Part shown: positions 1 to 9,965 of the stretch, piece by piece | Layout: the number at the start of each line of letters is the position of its first letter | Numbering within the stretch: position 1 is the first letter of the stretch | Source: Candidatus Buchananbacteria bacterium | GTDB taxonomy: Bacteria > Patescibacteriota > Patescibacteriia > Buchananbacterales > UBA6539 | Length of the DNA: 59,894 nucleotides | Direction: 5' to 3' | NCBI GenBank assembly: GCA_041664165.1 | Contig: JBAYLH010000007.1 | Span: 1-59,894 of the forward strand | Position numbers and translations under genes: made by a program | Notes under the pieces: generated by a model | The model's input: the letters and a program-made list of their open reading frames with translations, nothing else | Told to the model about the DNA's origin: nothing | The model's database searches: none

Positions 1-26
1 CCAGACGGCGCACCGCCCGGCTGCGA

Positions 27-3000
27 TTAATACTTTTCTATCACTTTGATCGAGGCAGCGGCCGATGGGATATTTTTCTTGTTCCAGTTATCTTGAACTT
101 CAATGACTGGTTTAACCAGGCAGTAGTTTTGATCCGCCGGACAATCCAAATTCGGACCACGATTCGGGGAATTAGAAGTCCGCTTTAACTGCCAATAATC
201 ATAAGTATGATAAATCGTAAACGGATTTTCCAAATTCGGCCGCTCGCGCAAAGAAACGCCGGAAACCGAAGTTTTTTCGCCGTCTTGCCAGTCAACCGAA
301 TAGGACTTCAAAGGCAGCTGGTTGGCATCAACTTTAACCGTAAAATCCAATTTAACGGCGCCAACACCGTTAATCACCGTACTTTTCTGGCCATTAACTA
401 GCGTACTAGGAATTGCCGGTTCAATCCAGCAAACGTCGCTGAAAACACCCATCGGATCGGGATTGCCGGCCGGACGCTTGTTCTCTCCACACCTAGGGAA
501 AGAACCGCAGTTGATTGGCGGATTGGCTAAACAGTCCCAAGTTAAGGCATTACTGTTACTCACTTCTTTATACCCGTCGCCAAAATGGTTGATATTGCAA
601 GTCGCGGTATTGGTATTAGCGCAAAGGCTTTTATCGGTAACCGTACAATTCGCTGAATTATCGCTGCAAAGACCGCCAGTGGCCGCCGTGAAATCCCAGC
701 CGGTGCCATAACTTTTCAGAAAAATCCGTTTTAAATAATTTATGTCGTGTAGTTCGCCCATCCTGGCCTGATACGGCGCGCCTAAAGACGGCTGGGGCGG
801 TTCATAGAAAAGCGGCTGGCGGTTATTGGTCGTCCGGCTGTCCCAGTCCGGCGGATTTTGCAGGCCGGCCGGTGGAACAATCGCGCCGAAAGGTTCGTAA
901 TCTGAAGATTGATAGGCAAAATCCGGACTGTCAATATTGCCGTTCACGGCTTGGGCGGCCGTCAGAAATTGATCATAATTAAACGGATCGTAATAAAGAT
1001 AATAATTCCGATAGCTAGCGCCGACTTTTTTGCTGTTGGGGTCAGGCAAGAGGTATTGAGAACCCGGCGCCACCCGCGTTGACCAGGCCTTATTATTGCC
1101 GGTCGCGTCAACCACCTGGACTACTTGCTTGCAATAATTAACATTAATATCGTTAGTTTTAAAATTACCGTAAACTCCCGGCGCTTGTTCGGAACCTTCC
1201 ACCAAATTAATTACCGCCACGCCGTAAATATCGTTAGGAATATCCGGCATCGGATCAACAAACTGGCCGGTAAACCGCGGGTCATTTTCCGTTACAATGG
1301 TAACGCCGGTCGCCATTCCGATTTTGGCGCTGAACTGAACTCCTGAACTTATTTGAAGCGCCGCGGCTATATTTTCCATATCGCCGCCAGCCGCAAAGCC
1401 AAGGAGTGCTGAACCGGCTTGAGTAAATAAATTTAGAAATAGAGCTTGTGATTGAAAAGTTTGCATATCATCAATATAGCTGGCTGAACTTATTTGCGTT
1501 GAATTGTAGAACTTAAAACTATTTATATTTAAAAGAAGAGCCGCAGATGGATCTCCGGGAGAACCACCTGCAAGATTACCTACTATATCTAATGCTGAAC
1601 CAATAAGTTGAGAAATTCCAGGGTCACCACCTAATGCCCCTATTAAACCGGTAATTGCCGACCAAGGAACTATGAAACTCAGGGTGGCCGGTAAAAAACC
1701 ATAAATCTCACTGCCTTGCGATTGTAAATTAAAAGTTACATCACAACCTTGTATATGATCAATATTAGGATCACAATTTCCCGTTGGACCAAACGGCGTG
1801 CTATCTACGGTCGGCGGTAAATTCAAAACCATTCCTAAACCTCGCATCGCGAAGGCGGGCAAGTTGTCCGGTTCAAATTTAAAGTGGCCCTTGATTTGCC
1901 GGACATACGGATAGCGGAAAAGCGGCCGGTAGTCTTCGTTGATTTGAAACGGCACCAGCTGAACCGATCGGCCCTGGTTGTCATTGCTGCCGGCGCTGTA
2001 GCTGGTATAAGTATTGAAAGTGGCCATCAGCTGAGTTGACGGGAAAGCCGGCATCTCGCCTTTTTGCACACAATAATAAAGCGGCGTCTGGATTTGGTAA
2101 GGCACGACTTCATCGGCCATTTCGCCTTTGATTTGGTCGATTGGCAGCCACTGGACGCACTGCTGGGGATTATTCGGATCAGCGGTCAGGCAATAGCCGT
2201 ATTGGCCGATATGATAAATATTTTTGGCGTCGATATATTCGCAGGCCAAAGAACTATATTCGGGGTAAACCCGGCAGCTGCGGGAGACAAAATCATTGGC
2301 CGCAAAATTCAAATCATTACTCGTAACATTTTTAACCTGCAAAACCGGTTTTAAAGAAATCTGGTCAAACAGGGAATAGCCGCTGATGCCGCACTTGGTA
2401 TCGTCTTTACCGTCCCGGCAAGTGGCAACGTCACTAGCATAATTACTCAAATAAAGCGTCATTTTTGAACCCTTATCGCCGGAATTAAAGTCATAAGTCA
2501 GCTTCTGCCATTTGTTGCCGCTGGGTAAAACCAAAGCTTTGGGGCAGCAAACTTTGCTTCCGCTGTTATAATAGTCTCCTTCTTTTCGGCAGCTACTTTC
2601 GATTTCTGGATAGTAACAGACTTGCCCCCGCAAATAAGTACCCGGCAAAGTTCCCATAGTGGGATCGTCATGTTTTAATTCTTCGGTATTAATCCAGGCG
2701 GTCAAAATATAGTCGGTATTTTTTTCCAAATCAATTTCGGAAGATTTTGCCTCATAAGACGTGTTTAATTTCAAGTATCGGCCTTCGAGCCGCTGTTTGG
2801 AATTGGTTTCCAAAGTATATTTGTAAGGCATCCAGCCGCGGCCGTCAGTCGTATGGTCTGAACTCTGATTGCTGTATTCGCTCCAGGCCAGCGGCTGATT
2901 AGTTTGGTTAAAAGCCAATTCAAAATCGCCGTTGGAAATATAAGCCGCATTGCCGTACTGGGTCATTTCCGCGTAGGGGAAATAGCCGTTGATAGTCCGG

Positions 3001-6000
3001 GCGCAAGTTGTGAACGAGCCGGTGCAATCATTTTTAGAGTTGCAGGCGGCGCCGTTATTCATGCCGTTAGCGCAAACGCCCTGGTTAAAGCTCAAGCCGG
3101 CCGTGGCATAACCGCTTAAATTTTTAATTTCCTCAACTGTGCTGAACGCCGACTTTCTTAAATCATTGCCGCTTGAATCTTTACCGGCCGCCGGAACAAA
3201 ATTAGTGCAAATGCCGCTCTCATCAGCCGCATTGCAAAGGCCGAGGCTGAGGCATTGCTTTTGTTCGCCTTCGCTGGTAACGGCCGTAACCGCGTAGCTG
3301 GTACAAGCCAGCCAAGCTTCGCATTCGCGATCCGGCGTTACTTTCAAGACGGCATTGGAATCGCAGCTGCCCGAACAATTCGCCACCGGCAAGCCGTTAT
3401 TAACGTTGATGCCGCTGGTGTCGGCGTCAAAGCCCAGGGAGCTGATGTCATCTTCGCCGATTTTGAAATTAACCTGGCTGCGGTCATTAAACAAAACACA
3501 GCCCCGCTCCGGATCAACGATGCCGTTGCAGCTGAATTCATCAACCGTGTTGCTTAAAGTATAATAAATGCCGGTTTTGAATAAATTGACTTGTTTGACT
3601 GAATCTTTAATGTTATCCAAATCGCTGCCTTTTAAGTCCAGTTTGCAAACTTGCTTTTTGGGCACCGTAAAGCGGACGGAATAGGTGGTTTCCGCTGGAA
3701 AATTGCTGATTTGGTCAATTGTCCGGCTGTCGGCCTGGTAATTTCTCGGCGGAATTTTAAACGATTTATTGTCGCTGGCGATTTCAATTGAATGGTCGAA
3801 GGAAACGGCGTTCGGGCAGTCTTTCATTTCAATCACTAACAGGCTGCCATCAAGTTTCTTTTTGGCAGTAAAACTCAAAGTATATAAAGTATTGGCTTCC
3901 AGCTGCAAACCTTCCTGCGTGTAATTATCAGCGCCTTTTACCCAGCCATCGGGGACACTATTATTATCACTATCCCGGCTTAAATCGCCGTTGAAGATTA
4001 AATTTTTGGCAATCGTGCTGACGGGATCAATAAACTGAGTGCAGGAATTGAATTCGCCCGGACATAAGCCCGTCCAGCCATTGCTCGGATGGACAGCACC
4101 GACCGGCGGCTGAACCAGCGGGCAATCCGGTATTGTCGAAGCTGAACCGGATTTGAACCAGGCCGAGCTCGCCTGGCCGGGGGCAACCCGGTATTCGCAG
4201 GTTTTGGCTCCCGGATCTTTGAAATAAGCCGTCCCGTTGCCGGTCCGAAATTCATCGCAGCCGAATTCCGAACTTTGGCAAAGAATTGAACTATATTTAT
4301 CCGGATCATTAATCAGATAAGCCGTCTGGTAGCCGACGACTTTGTCAGCCGTGCTGATTTGCGGCCAGCCCAAAGCCTGGCAGCCTTTGTTGGCCGCGGT
4401 GCATTGAAACTGCGGCCGGTTAACCAGATAAACCAATTTGTCAGCCGGCACGCTAACCGCCGAAATCGGATCGTTGGCATTAAATGGCACTTCCGGTTCA
4501 TAAGGCGAAGCGGAATTAAAAGTATCAATCAGCGCCTGGCAGCCGATTACTTCCTGGCGGCACAAATGGTCGAATGATTTTAAATTATGGGTTCGGCTGT
4601 AGGAATCCCGATACTGCTTGCAGCCGAGCATAAATTGCGGCGCGGCAATCGGACCGGACGAAAGCCACGGATTGGTGTCGCAGCTATTCGGCGTTTTCCA
4701 GGAATTTTTGATTTCATAAACATAATTTTGAACTTCTTTGATTTCAATATTATCCGCGTAGAAAGCCGGCGTCCCGCCATTTTCACCAGTTAAGCTTAAA
4801 GCTAAATCCGAAGGAATGGCATCGGGCATGGTAAACGGCCCGAAATTATAATAATTCCAGTCCGAACCGAGGTTGGTTGATTCTTGAATAATGGCGCTGC
4901 CGGCCGAACCGCTGGCGAGCTTAACTTTGATTGGAATAGTATTGGTGGTCGAGCCTTTGGCCCAAAAAGAAATCAAATAAGTCTTAATCGGTTTAATCAG
5001 CTGGCTCAAATCCGAGCAAGATGATTCGCCGACATTAATCAGGCAAACCTGGCCGCCGGCGGTATCATCGGAAACGCACTTGCCCAAAGTCCGATCGAAA
5101 CAATCTTTGGCGTTATTGCCGCTGCAGGCTGTTACGCTTTCCGTGCAATTGCCGCCAGACGATAATTTGCTGTAAGCGCTGGCAATAGTTTCCAAACCAG
5201 CCAGCTGCTGGCTTTTAATTGAGTGGCCGCCGACGGACAACGCTTCGCTGCTAATCGTGCCGCTCTTCCAACCGACCGTGTCGCCGGGTTCAAAATTATC
5301 GGCAAAAGCCGTAAAGACGTTGCCGCTGGCATTACCGCTGTATTCGCGGCAGCCGGCGACGTTATTAGAACAGGCCAAACCTTGGCTGGGAATTGCCTGG
5401 TAAACGCAAGTTTTACTGCTGCCGTCCCAGGTGCCATGGCTGGCAGTACAATTAGCCGTCGCTTCGGCATCGCCTTCGTTCAGCCGCGATTTGCGGAACG
5501 GATGGCAGTCATCTGAACAGGCGATGGTATTATTATAAATCCGATAATAAATATTGCCGTCAATGCCGTAAAATTCCTTGCAGAAAGGATTGGAAATTAT
5601 ATCTTCCGGCCCGTCGCAGCAAGCCGGCTGGCCGTTAGCGCCGGCCGCCGTATCAGCGCACCAGTAAGGCAGCCAGCTTGAAATATCCATGGCCGCTTGC
5701 GGCGAACCGGCCGCGGCGGCTAAATTATAGACTTTGAGCTGGTAGCCGGCTTCGTCGGAACCCTGCCAATTATAGAAATTCTGGCAGCTGACGCCCGGGT
5801 CATTCGGCTTTTCGCAAAGCCTCAGGTATTTATAATATTCCTTGCCTTCGCCGCCCTTGGCAACTTCGTCTAAATTGGTAAATTCATCGCAGCCGGCGCT
5901 GGCGGCATTGCATTGTTTTCCGGTGGCCGGAATGAAATAATTAATCGAAGCCTGGCTTTCAAAAAAAGTATTTGATTGTTTATAAGAATCATAGCCGACG

Positions 6001-9000
6001 CATTCCGCCGGGCAATAGTCTTCCAGTTTGACGACGCCCGGAATTGTGGTTCCGCCTTTTAGCGGGGTATAAGCTTCGCAGCCGACTTCGTCTTGCTGGC
6101 AATACAAAGCGTAATTGGCGCACTGGGGCGAATCAACTTCGTGGCAGCAAAAATTGCCGGCCGCATCGCAGCTGTCAGCGGCGCAGGTGCCAGAGCCGCA
6201 ATCGGAATTAGCGCTGCAGCCTTGGCCGGCTTTGTCACCGCCCTGGCAGAACTTCCGCCAGACCAAAGTGTCGCCAACGCACTGAGCTTTGGTAACGCCG
6301 TCTAAAACCGCGGGGTTTGGCCGATCCAAACTATAGCCTTTGCAATCCAGTGAAACCGGCGCTTTTTTCAGATAAGTTAGGTTAGCCGCGCCATAATCTT
6401 TGTAGCTGGTCGTTACCGGATTTTTAGTTTCAACTTCTTCGATTTGAACGCCGTCAAGATAAAGCGGCTTGGTATTATCGGTACTCAAATTAGCGATTGA
6501 GAGTTTAAAATTATCGCTGCTGATTCGGGTAGTAATCGGATTGGCGACAAATCTCTGCCATTGGTCGGTTAAATGCAAAAATGCCGAATTATTAATTTGA
6601 AGCGGCGAAAAATCAGCCAAGCATTTGCCCTGGTTTCGGCCGCCAGCCGGACAGCCGCTCACCCCGTCGGCGCAGGTGCATAAATCATTAGTTGGCTCGC
6701 AGCTTAAAGCCGGATTCAAACTGCAAAAATGATCCGGATTATGATCGGATAAAATTTCCAAATACCACAGGCCGTCTTCCGGTTTTATTTCTTTGGTCGT
6801 CGAATCGGTTTTGGCCCAAAAAGAAATCCGGTAAGTGGTGTTGGCTTTCAAACCGGTAACCGGCCCGGTATCAAAATCCCGCGGCCGGCCCAAATTATCA
6901 TTATTTATTTTCAAGCATAATTTACCCACCGGGCAATCATTTTGAATTTGTTCAATTGAAGCATTATCGCTCGCTTGATGGCTTTCTCCCCAAAACCAGC
7001 CTTTGGGCAAACTACTAGCATCCGGCCAGTCTTCAAAACTGGCATTGTCAATCAAATTCGTGCCGGCATTGGGCAAAGTCTGGATGAATTCGGAACAACC
7101 AGCTTCCTCGGCCGAACAAGAACCGGCATCGCGGTCTAAATATAATTTGCTTTCGTCGCGGTCAATCGTCCCGACCAAAGTTAAAACTGCCCGATTAGTG
7201 ATGCAGCTTTTGGAAATCCGGAAATTATCAAACCAAACCACACCACTGACTTGTTTAACGCCGTCGCCGACTTCAATTCCGACCTTCACTTTGCCTTTGC
7301 CGTTGCCGGCGGCCGTAACCTTAAAATCAAAACTGATTTGCTGCCAGCCATTTTCTTTATTGACCATTTTTTCCCCTAGCACGCTGCTAGCCAAAGCATC
7401 GGTAACTTTTAAAGTAACATCGCCTTGGTTTAAATAATCATAAACTTGACTTGAAAAAGTATAATCGCCGGCCGGCAATTCCAATTCGGCCGAAGTCGCC
7501 GATTCGTCAATAACCGAACCGTAGTTGAAAAATCTCAAGCTCGCCTGGCCGCCATCGGCATAAATTCTTTCCGCCCCGCCGGCAACCTGGCTGAAATATT
7601 CCCGGTTGCCTTGCCACTTCAAAGAAAGCTGGCCGGTTGCCGGTGCCACGGCCGTTTCAAAACTCGGATTAGGCAACAAATTATCCAGGCTACTGCAGCT
7701 GTCGATAGCGCAAGAAACTCCGTTTTGCTTGATGGTGCAGCCGGTATTGACCACGCATTTGCTGCCGCTGGCCACCCAGAATTTTGAGCCGGAACTGCAT
7801 TTGTCGCTGATAGTCAAATTAACCTGCGAATTGGCGTCAAGACAGAAATTCAAGCCGTTGGGAATATCGCAGCTCGCCGTTACCGGACAGCCGCCTTTCT
7901 GGGTGCAGGGTTTGAGAACTTTTTTACCCTCATTAACGCAAGTCCAAATATTGTCAACCGGATTATAAGTCTGGCAATACCATTTGCAGCCGGCGTTATT
8001 GATGCTGCAGCCGTTGTAATTCAAAGAATTGGCCAAATAGCTGGCCACTGAGCCGCTGCTGCTTTGAAAAGTCTGACAGGTGTTATAATTAGCGCTGCAA
8101 TCTTTTCCGGCTAAATCCCAAACTCTTTTTTCTTCGCTGCAATAGCCGTAATTGCGGCAAGTGCCGTCGTTATTCCGGCTGATACAAGACTGGAAATCCG
8201 CGCAATATTCGGCGCGGCCGATATCGAGACTGGCCGCTTCGTCAGCCGAGCTGCCGGTTTCGGCTTGATAGATAATTTTCGGCCCGAAGCCCTGATTTTT
8301 ACAGATGACTTCCGGCAATTTTAAAACCCAATCCGGATCAATCAAGCCGTGATAAATACTCGCCGCATCGTTAGGGTCATTAAATTTTGAAACTAAATAA
8401 TTAAGGGTAATAATTTTACCGGGATCAAGCAGATGACCGGCTTCGGCCGCTAATTCCCAGCCAACCGGCACAATCCGGTAACTCCTCATAATCACGATAT
8501 TCCGATAAGACAGCTCCAAATTTTTCGCCGTCGGATCAAAATTCCAGGCTCCGAACGGCGCTTCACCGTCAATTAACCCGGCCTTCAGCGCATCCTTTAA
8601 AGTCATTTTTCTTTCGATGATATCGCGAAAAGCCGGCGAAATCACGCATTCTTCCGATCCCGGATTTTTGGGATCAGGACAAAAACTCAATTTGCTTAAT
8701 AAATCATAATCGCTGCTCGGCTTAACGCCGGCTTCCAAAAAATCCAAAAACCGCCGTTCGGCCGCCTTCTTGCCGCCGTATAAAGACACTCCGGTGTCGC
8801 CGGTATATAAATCCTGACTGCCGCCAGGACCCGGCCGAGGCAATAAACCCGCCAAAGCCCGGGCCAAATCTTCAATATAATTTTCATCATTGCCGGCATT
8901 GCTGGCCAAACCCTGCCTAAACCATTTGTCAAAAAGTTTGGACATTAAAGTATTGGCAAAAGTCGCAATCGCATAACCAAAAATATCGCCGAAAGGAACG

Positions 9001-9959
9001 TCCTCGGCCGCCTTGGTGCCTTTGCTGAGCGCCTGGTAAGACGCTTCGGAAACCAAAGACGATGGCGTCAAAATCGAATCAGCAATTTTTTGGCCGACCG
9101 ACTTCCAGCCTTGGCCTTCCTGCCGGCCCAAAATCCCGGCTAATTCATCTTTGGCTTTGGTCTGATAATAAAAATCAAACATCGAAAAAGCAATGCCGAT
9201 GTCATTAGCTGACGGCTCAAAAATACCGGTGAATTTATTCAAAAAATTCGGATCCTTGGCAAAACTTTGCCAATTCTTTACTAGCTGGGTTACGGTGCAT
9301 TTCGGCGGTTTCGGCCGACCCAGTTCGCTGATTCCCAAACTGATTCTGATTTTAATCGGACTGGCCGGTTCGCAAACATTATAATGCAGCCAGCTGCCGC
9401 TCAAACTTTCCAAAAATTTACCGCCGGCGGCATCGGCCAAATCCTTTAAATAAGCGCCCCAGCCCTTGGTATAAAACATCGGCTTTTGGCCTTCATCGCC
9501 GGTCGCCAGCCAAGTGGCCGTATCATAAGCAAAGGTATTAAGCATGTGGCTGACTGCGGTTTTGGCCGCCGCGTAAACGGAGTCTTTCAAGCTTTCCCAG
9601 CCCCAGTCCCTGACTTTAAAGAAATTACCCCACCAATCCTGCAAGCGCTGAATAAAAGTCAGATTTTTATTGGTGGTTTTGGTATCTTTATCAACTGCAT
9701 TGATAGTATCTTTTTGATTACCAGTTACTTCATCAAATTGGGGCTTGGTTACTTCGACTTCAATTGCGCTGGGCGACGCTGCCGCTTTGACCGGCAGCGG
9801 ATATAAAGCCGCTGGCATTACCGAAACTAAAACCATTTGAACCGTAATAATGATGGAAGCGGTTTTTTTAAAGCCGGAAAACCAAGGCCGACTCACCCGA
9901 TTTTTCAGCTGGGTTTGACCGTCTCCTGGCTTGGCAGATTTATTTGAAAAGTAATTCAT
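27..9959 (-). CDS. Giant (3310 aa) secreted/surface protein, Cys-rich, with several CBM4/9-like (galactose-binding fold) domains
   Basis: Single long ORF; N-terminal hydrophobic segment (ASIIITVQMVLVSVMPAALY); recurring domain starts NLLPNPSFET, NLIDNASFED, NLIFNGDLS, YISNGDFE; about ten C-x4/5-(G/S/T)C-xx-(F/Y/L) modules. Confidence 0.8.
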   Translation of the reverse strand: MNYFSNKSAKPGDGQTQLKNRVSRPWFSGFKKTASIIITVQMVLVSVMPAALYPLPVKAAASPSAIEVEVTKPQFDEVTGNQKDTINAVDKDTKTTNKNLTFIQRLQDWWGNFFKVRDWGWESLKDSVYAAAKTAVSHMLNTFAYDTATWLATGDEGQKPMFYTKGWGAYLKDLADAAGGKFLESLSGSWLHYNVCEPASPIKIRISLGISELGRPKPPKCTVTQLVKNWQSFAKDPNFLNKFTGIFEPSANDIGIAFSMFDFYYQTKAKDELAGILGRQEGQGWKSVGQKIADSILTPSSLVSEASYQALSKGTKAAEDVPFGDIFGYAIATFANTLMSKLFDKWFRQGLASNAGNDENYIEDLARALAGLLPRPGPGGSQDLYTGDTGVSLYGGKKAAERRFLDFLEAGVKPSSDYDLLSKLSFCPDPKNPGSEECVISPAFRDIIERKMTLKDALKAGLIDGEAPFGAWNFDPTAKNLELSYRNIVIMRSYRIVPVGWELAAEAGHLLDPGKIITLNYLVSKFNDPNDAASIYHGLIDPDWVLKLPEVICKNQGFGPKIIYQAETGSSADEAASLDIGRAEYCADFQSCISRNNDGTCRNYGYCSEEKRVWDLAGKDCSANYNTCQTFQSSSGSVASYLANSLNYNGCSINNAGCKWYCQTYNPVDNIWTCVNEGKKVLKPCTQKGGCPVTASCDIPNGLNFCLDANSQVNLTISDKCSSGSKFWVASGSKCVVNTGCTIKQNGVSCAIDSCSSLDNLLPNPSFETAVAPATGQLSLKWQGNREYFSQVAGGAERIYADGGQASLRFFNYGSVIDESATSAELELPAGDYTFSSQVYDYLNQGDVTLKVTDALASSVLGEKMVNKENGWQQISFDFKVTAAGNGKGKVKVGIEVGDGVKQVSGVVWFDNFRISKSCITNRAVLTLVGTIDRDESKLYLDRDAGSCSAEEAGCSEFIQTLPNAGTNLIDNASFEDWPDASSLPKGWFWGESHQASDNASIEQIQNDCPVGKLCLKINNDNLGRPRDFDTGPVTGLKANTTYRISFWAKTDSTTKEIKPEDGLWYLEILSDHNPDHFCSLNPALSCEPTNDLCTCADGVSGCPAGGRNQGKCLADFSPLQINNSAFLHLTDQWQRFVANPITTRISSDNFKLSIANLSTDNTKPLYLDGVQIEEVETKNPVTTSYKDYGAANLTYLKKAPVSLDCKGYSLDRPNPAVLDGVTKAQCVGDTLVWRKFCQGGDKAGQGCSANSDCGSGTCAADSCDAAGNFCCHEVDSPQCANYALYCQQDEVGCEAYTPLKGGTTIPGVVKLEDYCPAECVGYDSYKQSNTFFESQASINYFIPATGKQCNAASAGCDEFTNLDEVAKGGEGKEYYKYLRLCEKPNDPGVSCQNFYNWQGSDEAGYQLKVYNLAAAAGSPQAAMDISSWLPYWCADTAAGANGQPACCDGPEDIISNPFCKEFYGIDGNIYYRIYNNTIACSDDCHPFRKSRLNEGDAEATANCTASHGTWDGSSKTCVYQAIPSQGLACSNNVAGCREYSGNASGNVFTAFADNFEPGDTVGWKSGTISSEALSVGGHSIKSQQLAGLETIASAYSKLSSGGNCTESVTACSGNNAKDCFDRTLGKCVSDDTAGGQVCLINVGESSCSDLSQLIKPIKTYLISFWAKGSTTNTIPIKVKLASGSAGSAIIQESTNLGSDWNYYNFGPFTMPDAIPSDLALSLTGENGGTPAFYADNIEIKEVQNYVYEIKNSWKTPNSCDTNPWLSSGPIAAPQFMLGCKQYRDSYSRTHNLKSFDHLCRQEVIGCQALIDTFNSASPYEPEVPFNANDPISAVSVPADKLVYLVNRPQFQCTAANKGCQALGWPQISTADKVVGYQTAYLINDPDKYSSILCQSSEFGCDEFRTGNGTAYFKDPGAKTCEYRVAPGQASSAWFKSGSASTIPDCPLVQPPVGAVHPSNGWTGLCPGEFNSCTQFIDPVSTIAKNLIFNGDLSRDSDNNSVPDGWVKGADNYTQEGLQLEANTLYTLSFTAKKKLDGSLLVIEMKDCPNAVSFDHSIEIASDNKSFKIPPRNYQADSRTIDQISNFPAETTYSVRFTVPKKQVCKLDLKGSDLDNIKDSVKQVNLFKTGIYYTLSNTVDEFSCNGIVDPERGCVLFNDRSQVNFKIGEDDISSLGFDADTSGINVNNGLPVANCSGSCDSNAVLKVTPDRECEAWLACTSYAVTAVTSEGEQKQCLSLGLCNAADESGICTNFVPAAGKDSSGNDLRKSAFSTVEEIKNLSGYATAGLSFNQGVCANGMNNGAACNSKNDCTGSFTTCARTINGYFPYAEMTQYGNAAYISNGDFELAFNQTNQPLAWSEYSNQSSDHTTDGRGWMPYKYTLETNSKQRLEGRYLKLNTSYEAKSSEIDLEKNTDYILTAWINTEELKHDDPTMGTLPGTYLRGQVCYYPEIESSCRKEGDYYNSGSKVCCPKALVLPSGNKWQKLTYDFNSGDKGSKMTLYLSNYASDVATCRDGKDDTKCGISGYSLFDQISLKPVLQVKNVTSNDLNFAANDFVSRSCRVYPEYSSLACEYIDAKNIYHIGQYGYCLTADPNNPQQCVQWLPIDQIKGEMADEVVPYQIQTPLYYCVQKGEMPAFPSTQLMATFNTYTSYSAGSNDNQGRSVQLVPFQINEDYRPLFRYPYVRQIKGHFKFEPDNLPAFAMRGLGMVLNLPPTVDSTPFGPTGNCDPNIDHIQGCDVTFNLQSQGSEIYGFLPATLSFIVPWSAITGLIGALGGDPGISQLIGSALDIVGNLAGGSPGDPSAALLLNINSFKFYNSTQISSASYIDDMQTFQSQALFLNLFTQAGSALLGFAAGGDMENIAAALQISSGVQFSAKIGMATGVTIVTENDPRFTGQFVDPMPDIPNDIYGVAVINLVEGSEQAPGVYGNFKTNDINVNYCKQVVQVVDATGNNKAWSTRVAPGSQYLLPDPNSKKVGASYRNYYLYYDPFNYDQFLTAAQAVNGNIDSPDFAYQSSDYEPFGAIVPPAGLQNPPDWDSRTTNNRQPLFYEPPQPSLGAPYQARMGELHDINYLKRIFLKSYGTGWDFTAATGGLCSDNSANCTVTDKSLCANTNTATCNINHFGDGYKEVSNSNALTWDCLANPPINCGSFPRCGENKRPAGNPDPMGVFSDVCWIEPAIPSTLVNGQKSTVINGVGAVKLDFTVKVDANQLPLKSYSVDWQDGEKTSVSGVSLRERPNLENPFTIYHTYDYWQLKRTSNSPNRGPNLDCPADQNYCLVKPVIEVQDNWNKKNIPSAAASIKVIEKY

Positions 9960-9965
9960 TTTTTA

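Noticed and set aside
207-9806. Numerous short + strand and alternate-frame ORFs within the giant gene
   Set aside because: Shadow ORFs caused by the GCC/GGC-biased codon usage of the long - strand gene; the same applies to shadows over leuS, uvrA, purH and purB.
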